A DNA stretch of 64,000 bases. Source: Squalus acanthias (lineage: Eukaryota). The notes beneath the pieces were generated by a model. The model ran no database searches and was not told the origin of the DNA. It was given only the letters and a program-made list of their open reading frames with translations. Shown here in pieces: positions 25,501-38,500 of this stretch (positions are counted from its first letter, which is position 1; the number at the start of each line of letters is the position of its first letter). The translations under genes and the position numbers were made by a program. The stretch lies in assembly GCA_030390025.1 (NCBI GenBank), contig JASTWF010000070.1, positions 248,001 through 312,000 of the forward strand, given 5' to 3'.

Positions 25501-28500
25501 CAACCAGCAGCGATTTGTGAAAGTGGAGTCGTGTTTAACAAATTTAAAAGAGCTTTTGTGGAACGGACCGATTGGATAGTTAAAGGGATTGCAGTAGATG
25601 TAACGTGTATGGAATTCCAGGAGGCGTTTGATAAAGTTTCGCACGAGAAGGCTGTTAGGAAACAATTTAGGGGTTTGGTGTGAAGGAGATGTGGCAGCAT
25701 GGATGGAAAGTTAGATGACATTCAAAACATAAGGAGATAGGGTAAATGGGTATTCCTCGGATTGGCGAAGGATTGGAAGTGGTGCATCCCAGGGGACAGA
25801 GTGGGCTTTGGGATTCGTTTTGGATTGATACAGGAATATGGAGAGAGAGCCGGATAATGGGATTAGTTTTGGATCCATCTAGCAAAGAGCCGGCACAAAC
25901 ATGGAGGGCCTCATAGTCTCCTTCTTTGTCCCACCCTTCGATAGATTCATGGTTATATAGTTCTGTCTGTCTATTTGTCTGCCTGTNNNNNNNNNNNNNN
26001 NNNNNNNNNNNNNNNNNNNNNNNNNNNNNNNNNNNNNNNNNNNNNNNNNNNNNNNNNNNNNNNNNNNNNNNNNNNNNNNNNNNNNNNNNNNNNNNNNNNN
26101 NNNNNNNNNNNNNNNNNNNNNNNNNNNNNNNNNNNNNNNNNNNNNNNNNNNNNNNNNNNNNNNNNNNNNNAATGATTTTCAGCAACATTTTTAATTTGTT
26201 CTCGTGATGTGGGTGACGCTGGTAAGTCTGGCATTAATTGTCCATCCCTAGCGGTTGAGAAGTTGGTGGTGGGCCTACTTGAACCTTATGCGAGAACCAG
26301 AAAGCTCGGGTTACGGGATTTAAAAAAAATAAAAGGTTGTTTTTTTTCTTTCTTCAGGGCCCCCGCAACAAACCAACTGCAGATTACTGCTTTACGGGAG
26401 TTCGGCGGCGGCGCTTCTGCTTCTGCTGATGGTTATTGTCGCCGCGGGAAGGAGCTGCAGGAACCGGCGGTCAGGTAGCGGTTGTCGGGAGGCGCTCCAA
26501 CTCCACGGCGCTCCCAATCAATCCATTTATTGTGTCATTGACTCATTACATGTTAGTGGGTCGGTTCAGTGTGAAATGTGTGCATTTAGACTTAGATTAA
26601 GTTTCTCTTTATATCAGGCAACACGAAGAGCGATCAGAAATTGACCGATTCGAGACCACGTGCACAAGAGAAGGAGGTAGATATGAAAAGAATTGTTTTT
26701 GCTCAACATAGAAACATAGAAACATAGAAGATAGCAGGAGTAGGCCACCGGCCCCTCGAGCCTGCTCCACCATTCAATGAGATCATCGCTGATCATCCAA
26801 ATTCAGTACCCTGTCCCTGCTTTCTCCCCATATCCCTCGATCCCTTTAGCCTTAAGAAATATATCTAACTCCTTCTTGAATATATTTAATGAATTGGCCT
26901 CAACTGCCTTTTGTGGTAGAGAATTCCACAGGTTCACCACTCTCTGGCTGAAGAAATTCCTCCTCATCTCTGTCCTAAAAGGCTTACCCCTTATCTTTAG
27001 GCTGTGACCCCTGGTTCTGGACTCCCACGCCACCGGGAACATCCTTGCTGCATCTAATCTGTCTAGTCCTGTTAGAATTTTATAAGTTTCAATGAGATCC
27101 CCTCTCATTCTTCTGAACTCCAGCGAATATAAGCCCAATCGACCCAATCTCTCTTCATACGTCATTCCTGCCAGCCCAGGTATCAGTCTGGTGAATCGTC
27201 GCTGCACTCCCTCCATGGCAAGAACATCCTTCCTCAGATAAGGTGACCAAAACTGCACACAATACTCAAGATGTGGTCTCACCAAGGCCCTGTACAACTG
27301 CAGCAAGACATCCTTGCTCCTGTACTCGAATCCTCTCGCGATGAAGGCCAACATTCCATTTGCCTTCTTAACTGCTTGCTGCACATTCATGCTTACCTTC
27401 AGCGACTGGTGCACAAGGACACCCAGGTCTCGTTGCACTTCCCCTTCTCCCAATCTATTGCCGTTCAGATACTAATCTGCCTTCTTGTTTTTGCCACCAA
27501 AGTTGATAACCTCGCATTTATCCACATTATACTGCATCTGCCATGCATCTGCCCAATCACCCAACCTGTCCAAATTATACTGGAGTTTCTCGGCATCCTC
27601 CTCACAGCACACACGCCCACCCAGCTTTGTGTCGTCTGCAAACTTGGAGATATTGCATCTAGTTCCCTCGTCTAGATCATTAATAGATATTGTGAATAGC
27701 TGGGGTCCCAGCACCGATCCCTGCGGTACCCCACTAGTCACTGCCTGCCACTCGGAAAAAGACCCGTTTATTCCAACTCTTTGCTTCCTGTCTGCCAACC
27801 AATTCTCTATCCAAGTCAGTACCTTACCCTCAATCCCATGTGCTTTACCTTTACACGCTAATCTCTTATGCGGCACCTTATCGAAAGCCTTCTGAAAGTC
27901 CAAATACACCACATCCACTGGTTCTCCCTTATCTATTCTACCAGTTACATCCTCAAAAAATTCCAGTAGATTAGTCAAGCACGATTTACCGCTTGTAAAT
28001 CCATGTTGACTTTGTCCGATCCTGTCACTGTTTTCTAAAGCTCTGCTATTACATCTTGTATAATGGACTCTAGCATTTTCCCCACGACTGATGTCAGGCT
28101 TACCATTCCACGTTTTCTCTCTGCCACCTTTTTTAAATAGTGGGGTTACATTAGCTACCCTCCAATCCATGGGAACTGTGGCAGAGTCTATAGAATTTTT
28201 GAAGATGACTAGCAATGCATCTACTATTTCTTGGGGCACTTCCTTAAGTACCCTAGGATGTAGTTTATCAGACCCTGGGGATTTATCGGCTTTAATCCCG
28301 TCAATTTCCCTAACACCATTTCCCTACAAATACTGATTTCATTCAGTTCCTCCCTCTCATTAGATCCTATGTTCCCCGTCATCTCTGGGAGGTTATTTGT
28401 GTCCTTCTTTGTGAAGACAGAACCAAAGTATGTATTTAATTGATCAGCCATTTCCTTGTTCCCCATTATAAATTCCCCTGATTCTGACTGCAAGGGACCT

Positions 28501-29785
28501 ACGCTTAACTTCACCAATCTTTTTCTCTTCACATATCTATAGAAGCTTTTACAGTCAGTTTTATGTTCCCTGAAAGCTTACTCTCATACTTTATTTCCCC
28601 CCCTTTATTAATCCTTTTGTCCTCCTTTGCTGAAATCCTAAACTGCTCCCAATCCTCAGGTTTGCTGCTTTTCTGGCCAATTTATATGTCCTCTCCTTGG
28701 ATCTTATGCTTATCCCTAATTTCCTTGGTAGCCACGGTTGTGCCACCTTTTTTGTTTTATTTTTATGCCAGACAGGGATGAACAAATTCTGTAGTTCATC
28801 CATGCGATCTTTAAATTTTGATACCTTGCACTTATTTTAACCCAATGTTTAAGATTCATAGTCAACGAGTCTATAATACATTGCATAGTGAGCACTACAG
28901 GGTAGCACTGTTTTCCTTTTATGTAAAACTGCGAACGTAGATTAAAAAATATAGATCTGGACATTTGAAATTGCAGAATGATGATTCACCAGAGTGATAC
29001 CCGGGACTAAAAGGGTTAAATTATGAGGACAGGTTGCACAGACTAGCTTATATTCGCCTCAAATATAGAATATTAAAGGGTGATTTAATTGTGGTGTTTA
29101 AGCTGATTGAAGATTCGATGGGGTAGATAGAGGAAGAACTATTTCCTCTGGTGGGGGGAGTCCAGAACAAGGGGGCATCACCTTAAAATTAGAGCCAGGC
29201 CGTTCAGGGGTGATGTCAGGAAGCACTTCTTCACACAAAGGGTGGTGGAAATCTGGAACTCTCTCTCCCAAAAGCTGCTGAGGCTGGGGGNNNNNNNNNN
29301 NNNNNNNNNNNNNNNNNNNNNNNNNNNNNNNNNNNNNNNNNNNNNNNNNNNNNNNNNNNNNNNNNNNNNNNNNNNNNNNNNNNNNNNNNNNNNNNNNNNN
29401 NNNNNNNNNNNNNNNNNNNNNNNNNNNNNNNNNNNNNNNNNNNNNNNNNNNNNNNNNNNNNNNNNNNNNNNNNNNNNNNNNNNNNNNNNNTCTCTCCAAA
29501 AAGCTGCTGAGGCTGGGGTCAATTGGAAATTGCAAAACTGAGAGATTTTTTGATATGTTCCTGCTGGGTAAGGGTATTAAGGGTTAGGCAACCAAGGCGG
29601 GTAGATGCAGTTAAGATACAGATCAGCCATGATCTGATTGAATGTCGGAACAGTCTCGAGGGGCTGAACAGCCTCCTCCTGTCCCTCTGTTCCTATGATG
29701 ATGATGTGGGCCATGATAATGTTTCTGTTTTCTCTCATAGACTCTTTACGCCCACCTGGCGTTTAATGCGGTTCCGACCCTCTGA
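22489..29785 (+). CDS. Gene A: non-rearranging VJ-C1-TM-ITIM IgSF receptor, 6 exons, 301 aa predicted
   Basis: Exons 22489-22531 (L), 23155-23493 (VJ), 23586-23888 (C1), 26358-26474 (TM), 26618-26676 (cyt1), 29741-29785 (cyt2). All introns GT-AG, phases 1,1,1,1,0, total 906 nt open. Candidate AATAAA at 30502-30507. Confidence 0.8.
23155..23493 (+). CDS. Gene A single-exon VJ domain
   Basis: IVCQEVFRQNPPVQSVSVGSIFKVDCHTGWLAVEAVHWYKRQHREHLQLVYTVGKYMPPEGRFSGEVNNESSIYSLIVKDVQRNDSGVYYCAAKKYSLMPLIFGNGSKLLIA. Contains C, WYK, DSGVYYC and the FGxG J motif. Donor CAG|gtaaga. Confidence 0.92.
23586..23888 (+). CDS. Gene A C1-set exon
   Basis: SPEIFLLAPPPDEIPSLERVPLMCLVKSMSPGSLPVRRNVSGQVTEEPSDSGTIDPDGTYTVRSHISVSAETWSSGAVCTCAVPINSTGDLISESVSSQR. 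The C-strand Trp is replaced by Arg (cgg). Confidence 0.88.
25987..26170. other. Assembly gap (N run) in the gene A C1-TM intron
   Basis: 184 Ns. Confidence 0.99.
26358..26474 (+). CDS. Gene A transmembrane exon
   Basis: Strong acceptor tttttctttcttcag|. GPPQQTNCRLLLYGSSAAALLLLLMVIVAAGRSCRNRRS gives a hydrophobic stretch followed by a basic stop-transfer segment. Donor CAG|gtagcg. Confidence 0.85.
26618..26676 (+). CDS. Gene A cytoplasmic exon 1
   Basis: tttctctttatatcag|GNTKSDQKLTDSRPRAQEKE|gtagat, phase 1 to 0. Confidence 0.65.
26706..28815 (-). mobile_element. 5'-truncated CR1 LINE in the last intron of gene A
   Basis: RT ORFs 27472-28239 and 26803-27453 (GVPQGSVLGP, KFADDTKL) and an 8-nt-unit 3' tail (atagaaac)n. 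Confidence 0.93.
29291..29490. other. Assembly gap (N run)
   Basis: 200 Ns. Both flanks carry tctctcc(c)aaaagctgctgaggctgggg, suggesting unmerged overlapping contig ends. Confidence 0.97.
29741..29785 (+). CDS. Gene A terminal exon with an ITIM/ITSM-like motif
   Basis: tttctgttttctctcatag|TLYAHLAFNAVPTL*, phase 0, parallel to the ITIM exon of gene B. Confidence 0.72.
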   Translation, partial: TLYAHLAFNAVPTL

Positions 29786-32700
29786 CGGGAAAGGAAAGCA
29801 AGCGCCTGCCGGATATGACGTGTTGTGGAAAGTTCCCTCTGCTTTGTTCTCATTGTGGGATCAGTAAGACACGCTGCTCAGTAACAATTCAAGCCTCATG
29901 TTCCTCAATTGTGTACCGCTTCCGCGTGCTTTGGGATCCATTGACAGGAAATTGGCAATCTCATTCAGAAGACCAACTGGCGCAGTAGAGCCCTGAGGTG
30001 TGAACCCTTCCGAGAGACTTTGATACGCGGGTTCAAGTCCCAAAGCACCGCAGAAATCCGACTATTGGAAGCGGTGGCGTGCAGCTAAAGTGTTCAATTG
30101 CTATCTTCATTGACGTCTCACTGCGGCGATCTCACGTTCTCTTACCGACTTGATGTGCATTTATCAATAATTAACCCCTCACTCGGAAGAGAGACTGACC
30201 AATGCAGAACCGGCGTATCGCCTACTGGAGAGTCTTAACGCCGAACATAACCGGAGCAATTTGAAGCGCATTTTGCAAACGGGAAATTTGTCCCAAAGCG
30301 GAAATTCTAAACATATTTAAATTTCTCTTTCACATCGTCCTGCTTATCTTAAGATGACACATCGCCTGCAGTTTCGGTTCAATCTCGACATGTTTCTCCT
30401 GTCCTGTATTGACGTTATTAGATTCATTTCGCGTCTTTGTATGCGAGCACGATATAATTCAAATAATCTTTACAATGCATCAGTGTTGAAGTTACAAATA
30501 CAATAAACAGGTTTTCAAACTCCAGCATTGTGTTTGTGATTCCAGCCCTTTGATCGTTCAGTCCAGATGTGCTCAGTGTATCTCTACCGCCGATTTACAA
30601 TGCACATTTATAGAGTAAATGTGTGCGGTTCAAAAGTGGTGCTCAGGACCGAATGGGCAGCTCAGGCACTGCCTCTGGCTTAAGGCTGCATTGATATTAA
30701 AGCTGGAGTTTAGAAGAATGAGAGGTGATCTCATTGAAACATACAAAATCTTGCAGGGCTTGACAGAGTCGATGCAGGGAGCATGTTTCCCCTGGCTGGG
30801 CAGTCTAGAACCAGGGGTCACAGTCTGAGAATAAGGGGTCGGCCTTTTAGGACTGAGATGAGGAGAAACTTCTTCACTCAGAGGGTGGTGAATCTTTGGA
30901 ATTCTCTACCCCAGAGGGCTGTGGAGGCTCAGTCGTTGAGTATATTCAAGACAGAGAGCGATAGATTTTTGTACTCCAGGGAATCAAGGGATATGGGGAT
31001 AGAGCAGGAAATTGGAGATGAGGTAGAAGATCAGCCATGATCTTATTGAATGGCGGAGCAGGCTCGAGGGGCCAAATGGCCGACTCCTGCTCCTATTTCT
31101 TATGTTCTTGTGTAAATGGACCCCGAGCTTTCTCTGTTTTCTGATCTGGGAGTGAACTCAGTCACATTTACCATTGAAAGTAAATTATTTTAAATCCATC
31201 TGCTCTTTTTTAATAAGGCAGTTAAGTGATTTCTTCAGCAAATTTATGGTGGCTTTTGCCCACTATTAGTATCTGTTAGTTCTTAGAAAATACGTTTTCA
31301 AATGGGGTAGAGGATCTTGGGTGCAGGTACACAAATCACTAAAATTAGCGACACAGGTTAACAAGGCCATTAAAACAAGCAAAACAATCACTGGGGTTAA
31401 TTTCTGGAGGGATAGAATTGAAATGCAGCGAAGTTGTGTTGAACTTGTATTGAACCTTGGTTAGACCACACTTGGAGCACTGTGCACAGTTCTGGTCTCC
31501 ATATTATAAAAAGGATATAGAGGCACTGGAGAAGGTGCAAAAAAGATGTACAAGGATGATACAGAACTGAGAGGTTATACACATCAGGAAAGATTGAACA
31601 GGCTGAGGCACATTTGTCTTAAAAAGAGAAGGTTGAGGGGTGACCTGATAGAGGCCTTTAAGATAATGAAAGGTTTTGATAGGAAGAGAAGTTGTTTTGA
31701 CTTTTGAAGAGACCAGAACTAGGGGCCATAAATAGAAGATAGTCACTAATAAATCCAATAAGGAATTCAGCAGAAACTTCTTTACCCAGAGACTCGGGAG
31801 AATGTGGAACTCGCTATCACAGGGAGTGGTTGAGGAGAATAGTATAGATGAATTTAAGGGGAAGCTAGATAAACACATGAGGGAGAAAGGGATAGAAGGA
31901 TATGCTGATGGGATGAGATGAGAGGAGTGGGAGAATGCTCGTGTGGAGCAGAAACACCAACACGGACCAGTTGTTCCGAATGGCCTGTTTCTGTGGCTGT
32001 GAACACTTGTAACTTTGTAAAGCAGAACCCTTCGGCTGTGACTGAAAGCGGTTTGCTGGTGACGTTAATAATTCGCAGCGGCAACACAATTCGCTCTTCA
32101 CATTACAAAATCGGTCAAATATAAGAGTAAAATTCAAAGGCTGTTTCGCCGAGATGCTATGATATATTTCGGGCAAAGCTTCGATTTCATATACATTTAA
32201 AAGCTGGGTATGAGGCCGTTGCTGTGAAATCAGTCTTCAATTTGCCTGTTAGTAATCCGAACTAATTATCCTACTAGCGAAAGGAACATAGGAACAGGAG
32301 GAGGCCATGCTGCCCCTCGAGCCTGTTCCACCATTCAATTAGATCATAGCTGACCTGCAGGTTAACTCCATCTACCCGCCTTGGTTCCATAACCCTTAAT
32401 ACCCTTGTCCAGCAAAAATCTATCAACCTCAGTTTTGAAAATTTCAATTGACCCCCAGCTCTACACCTTTTATGGAGAGAGAGTTTCCAGATTTCCACCA
32501 CCCTTTGTGTGAAGAAGTGCTTCCTGACATCACCCCTGAACGTCCTGGCTCTACTTTTAAGGTGATGCCCCCTTGTTCTGGACTCCCCCCAACCAGAGGA
32601 AATAGTTGCTCTCTATCTACCCTATCAAATCCTTTAATCATCTTAAACACCTCTATTAGCTCACCCTTTAATCTTCTAAACTCTGGAGAATATAAGGCTT

Positions 32701-33991
32701 GTCTATGGAACCTGTCCTTAGAATTTCAGCCTTTTTGCCCCAGTATCGTCCTGGTGAACTTAGATCAGCTTTATAGAGCCCTACAATATATATTAACATT
32801 AATGAGAACACGGTTGTTAGGAATTTATTCAAATCCTCAGGTAATTTATTGGACAGTTTCTGAGAGATGGATTTGAAAGGGTCTTTGTCAGGAACTGTTT
32901 TTGTTGCTCCTGAATCTCATTCGGTTGTACATGCTGATTCCAAACTAATCAGAAGGGGAATACTTAGACTGATCTGACTCTGATGGATAAAGCAAAATAA
33001 CCACCTATGATGCAATCCTGTCTCTGGTTGAATATCTTCTCCCAAAATTGTGCAAACCTGGGATCTTGAACATAGGAATTGCTAGACGAGAAGGGGCCAA
33101 GGTCCTTCCTTACTCTTATACTCCAACCCCCGTGCAATAAAGGCCAACATGCCAGTTGCCATAACTTCTACCATCCTGGGAATCGCATGATGCAATGATA
33201 ATGCGGTTGTCATGGCAATCCATCCCTATCCACGAGTCCACAAGAGACCCAGATCTGACGTGAGCAAACCTCCAGTGGTGGAGAGCTTTAGGAAACCACA
33301 GGTCCAAAGTCACCCATTCCTCCCAAGCCACGCAACACTCACCATCTGTCTCTGACATGTAGTTTTGACATTACTACACATAACAAAACACACGACCCCA
33401 AAGGTAAAATGGAACCAGACACAATTCCCCGCATCTCTGCCCGCGATTCTCTCCTGTTGTGATCTTTGTCTGTAAATGATTAAGCCTCTGGCTTCTCAGA
33501 CAGAGGATATCGCCACTAACAGTATCTCAATTCAGGACCGATATTGTCAGCTCAATAGTCATTGAAGTTTTATCCTGATCTCATTTTATTATAAGTGAAG
33601 TATTGATCGATAGGAACCTCTCGTGCATCGTTACATTCGAAGAATAATTTATTTTATTTATACACAAGCATTTGGAAAAAAAATGTTGTTACTAACTGGA
33701 GCTGCAGGATGAGCAGGAAAGGTTCAGAGAAAGACCAAACCGAGAAGTCCCTGCTCTTAATGTTGGTCTCACACTTGAATTACACTAATGCAGTGGAATA
33801 TCTTTACAATACTCAAAGCACGTTCGTTTACATTGAATAGAAAGAGTCTTTGCAAACTCTGGCGAGTGCAGGGAGATAGTTTGGATGTTTGACGGGCGTC
33901 TCCGTGGCTCCATTCTTTTTCCCGCCGGCTGTGGGTTCTTTTGGAAGTCCTGTCTCCTCCTGCATCCATCCGATAGAAACCCTCCGGGTTC

Positions 33992-34078
33992 TCATCCGCG
34001 ACCCGCCTTCTTTTTTGATGACTTTTCCGAGGCAGCAAATTGCAGAGAGGCGTAAAGTATCTGGTCTCGAGGGCCGCC
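33992..34078 (-). CDS. Gene B terminal exon with a canonical ITIM
   Basis: ttttcctgtctcag|GGPRDQILYASLQFAASEKSSKKKAGRG*. A homologue occupies the same relative position in the inverted copy at 49462. Confidence 0.8.
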   Translation of the reverse strand, partial: GGPRDQILYASLQFAASEKSSKKKAGRG

Positions 34079-35527
34079 CTGAGACAGGAAAATATATTAA
34101 ACATTGACATTTCTAGATATTTAAAGGTAGTTCAAACTATCTCGTCCTGCAGTCGCGTTTCATGGAATCAGAGAACGATGCAGCACAGAAGCAGGCCGTT
34201 CGGTCCATCGTGCCTGTGCTGGCTCTTTGAAAGATCATAAGAACATAGGAATTAGGAGCAGGAGTAGGCCATCCGGCCCCTCGAGCCTGCTCCGCCATTC
34301 AATAAGATCATGGCTGATCATCGACTTCAACTCCTCTTTCCTACTCGATCTCCATATTCCTTGATTCCCCTAGAGTCCAAAAATCTATCTATCTCAGTCT
34401 TGAATATACTCAAAGACTGAGCATCCACAGGCCTCTGGGCCAGAAAATTCCAAAGATTCTCAACCCTCTGAGTGAAGAAATTCCTCCTAATCTTCGTCTT
34501 AAATGGCCTACCCCTTATCCTGAGATTATGTCCCCTAGTTCCAGACATGCCAGCCAGGGAAAACAGCTTCTCAGCATCTACCCTTTCAACCCCCTCCAGT
34601 ATCTTGTATGTTTCGATGAGATCACCTCTCATTCTTCTAAACTCCAGAGAGAATAGGCCCAATCTACACAATCTCTCATCATAATACAGCCCTCTCATCC
34701 CAGGAATCAATCTAGTGAACCTTTGTTGCACCGCCTCCAAGGCAAGTACATCTTTCCTAAGATAAGGAGACCAAAACTGTGCACAGTACTCCAGGTGTTG
34801 TCTCACGAAGGCCCTGTATTATTGTAGCAAGACCTCCTTACTCTTATACTCCTACTCCCTTGCAGTAAAGGCCAATATGCCATTTGCCTTCCTTATCACA
34901 TGCTATACCTGCATGCTAGCTTTCTGTGTTTCTTGCACGAGGACATCCAATTCTCTCTCAACACAAACATTTAAAAGTTTCTCACCATTTAAAAAATATA
35001 CTGTTTTTCGATTCTTCCTACCAAAGTGAATAACCTCACATTTCCCTACATTATACTTCATCTGCCACCTTACTGCCCACTCTATCCAATTAGTCCCACT
35101 CTCCCTGCTTTTCCCCACAGACTTGCACATTTTTATCCTTCGAGTATTTATCCAATTCGCTTTTGAAATTAAGCATTGAATCTACTTCCATCACCCGCTT
35201 TCTAAATTTGAGAATTTGCTTAATATGTCCACACAAGAACTGTCTGAATTAATGTTTTAACACACAGAGGAGCACAACTCTTAAAGCAGTGAACCCAGAA
35301 ATCACCACATTTAATCAGGAAACTGGGATGATGAGTCTATCTGTTTGATAGGATAGACACATCAAAAACAATCCAATCAGACGGTCATGTTTTGCCATGC
35401 GCCATCTACAGGGTTACATAAATCACAATCACTCACACACAATCAATCATACCCAGACAGAATCACACACACACAGACACTCAATCACTCACACACACAC
35501 AATCAATAATACCCAGACAGAATAACA

Positions 35528-35570
<43 letters not shown>

Positions 35571-38500
35571 AATCACACCCAGACAGAATAGAGAGTTAAA
35601 TGAGTGGCTCAAAGACTGGTGTGGGAGAAACGGGTTTTGCTTCCTGGGACACTGGCACCAGTACTGGGGCAGGAGGGAGCTGTTCCGTTGGGACGGGCTT
35701 CACTTGCCCAGTGCTGGGACTAGAGTCCTGGCGGATCATATAACTAAGGCTGTAGAGATGGCTTTAAACTAACTAGTGGGGGAGAGGTTCCTAGAGAGCA
35801 AATAATAAAAATGACAACAGAGAAGGTCATAGACTTAGGTAGCAGTGGGGAAATTAAAACCAGAGTCTGTCAGGAAGGGGCAGAAGATATGGAGTAAAAG
35901 GTAAAGTAATAAAAAGGGCAAAAGCAGGAACTAAGTGTCACAAAACATATTTGAAAGTTCTCTGTCTGAATGCACGTAGCATTCGTAACAAAATAGACGA
36001 GTTAATGGCACAAATGATTACATATGGGTATGATCTTGTGGGCCATTACGGAAACATGGCTGCAGGGTGACAATGCCTGGGAATTAAACATACCAGGTTA
36101 TTTAGCGATCAGGAAGGACAGGCAGGAAGGAAGGGGAGGTGGGGTGGCTATGTTAATAAAGGAAGGAATAATTGTAAAACAGAGAAATGATATTGGGTGA
36201 AAAGATCAGGATAATGAAACAGTTTGGTTGGAGATAAGGAATAATAAGGGGAAAAAACACTAGTGGGCGTAGTCTATAGGCCTCCGAACAGTTGCAACTC
36301 TGTTGGATGGAGTATCAATCAGGAAATAGTTGAGGCTTGTAATAAGGGAACATCTTTAATTATGGGGGATTTTAACTATCATATTAATTGGACAAATCAA
36401 ATTGGGCAGGGCTGCATTGAGGATGAGTTCATTGAGTGTATTAGGGATGGGTTTCTTGAGCAGTATGTAACTGAACCGACCAGGGGGCAAGCAACCTTAG
36501 ATCTGGTCCTAGGTAACGAGACAGGATTAAGAAAAAATGTCCTAGTAAAGGATCCCCTTGGAATGAGTGACCATAACATGGTTGAATTCCTTATTCAATT
36601 AGAGGGTGAGAAGGTTGGATCTCAAACAAGCGTGCTAAGCTTGAATAAAGGAGACTAAGAAGGTATGCGAGTGGTATTGAGCAGAGTGGATTGGGAAAAT
36701 AGATTAAAGGGTAAGACGATACATGATCAGTGGTGTACATTTAAGGAGTTGTTTTACAACTTCCAAAAAATATATATTCCACTGAGAAGAAAAGGGTGTA
36801 AAAGAAATGACAGTCATCCGTGGCTAAGTAAAGAAATTAAGGATAGTATTCGACTAACAACAAGGGTCTATAAAGTAGCCAAATCTAGTGGGAGGATAGA
36901 GGATTGGGAAAACTTTAAAAGACAGCAAAAAATAACAGAAAGATTGATTAAGAAAGGGAAGATAGATTATGAAAGTAAATTAGCAAAAAATATAAAAACA
37001 GATAGTAAGAGTTTTTATAGTTATTTAAAAAGAAAAAGGGTGTCCAAAGTAAATGTTGGTCCCTTAGAGGATGAGACCGGGAAATTAATGGTGGGAAATA
37101 TGGAGATGGCGAATACACTGAATGGATATTTTGTATCAGTCTTTACAGTAGAGGACACTAAGAATATCCCAACACTGGACAAACAGGGGGCTATAGGGGG
37201 GGGGGGGGAGGAGCTAAACACGATCAAAGTCACTAAGGAAGTGGTATTCGGTAAAATAATGGGACTCAAGGCGGATAAATCACCTGGACCTGATGGCTTA
37301 CATCCTAGGGTCTTGAGGGAAGTGGCGGTAGGGATTGTGGATGCATTGGTAAAAATTTTCCAAAACTCCCTGGACACAGCAAAGATCCCGGCAGACTGGA
37401 AAACTGCTAATGTAACACCCTTATTTAAAAAGGGCAGTAGACAGAAGGCTGGAAACTATAGACCGGTTAGCCTAACATCTGTGGTAGGTAAAATTTTGGA
37501 GTCCATTATTAAGGAGACAGTAACGGGACATTTGGATAATCATAATTTAATAGGACAAAGTCAGCATGGTTTTATGAAGGGGAAGTCATGTTTGACAAAT
37601 TTGCTGGAGTTCTTTGAGGAAGTAACATACAGGGTGGATAAAGGGGAACCAGTGGATGTGGCGTATTTAGACTTCCAAAAGGCATTTGACAAGGTGCCAC
37701 ACAAAAGATTATTGCTTAAGATAAAAAATCACAGGATTGGGGGTAATATTCTGGCATGGATAGAGGATTGGCTATCTAACAGAAGGCAGAGAGTTGGGAT
37801 AAATGGTTCATTCTCAGACTGGCAATCAGTAACTAGTGGTGTTCTGCAGGGGTCAGTGCTGGGTCCCCAACTCTTTACAATCTATATTAACGATTTGGAG
37901 GAGGGGACCGAGTGTAACATATCAAAGTTTGCAGATGATACTAAGATGGGAGGGAAAGTAGTGAGTGAGGAGGCCATAAAAAATCTGCAAGGGGACATAG
38001 ACAGGCTAAGTAAGTGGGCAGCGATTTGGCAGATGGAATACAATACTGGAAAGTGTGAGGTTATGCACTTTGGTAGGAAAAATAGTAGAGCAAGTTATTA
38101 TCTTAATGGCAAGAAACTGGAAAGTACTGAAGTAGAAACATAGAAACATAGAAACTAGGAGCAGGAGTAGGCCATTCGGCCCGTCGAGCCTGCTCCACCA
38201 TTCAATACGATCATGGTTGATCATCCAAATCCAGTACCCTGTCCCTGCCCTCTCACACAGAATCCCCATCGAGCCTGCACCGACACATATCCCACCCTAT
38301 CCCCGTAACCCCACGTATTTAATTCCCCCTAACATATCCCATCCTATCCCTGTAACCCCACATATTTAATCCCCCCCTAACACTAAGGGTCAATTTATCA
38401 TAGCCAAATCACCTAACCCGCACATTTTTGGACAAAGGGATCTGGGGGTCCTGGTGCACGAAACTCAAAAGGTTAGTATGCAGGTGCAGCAAGTGATTAA

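Noticed and set aside
29979-30045. tRNA-like B box (GGTTCAAGTCC) in the 3' UTR region of gene A
   Set aside because: No convincing cloverleaf, so at most a decayed SINE head and not a tRNA gene.
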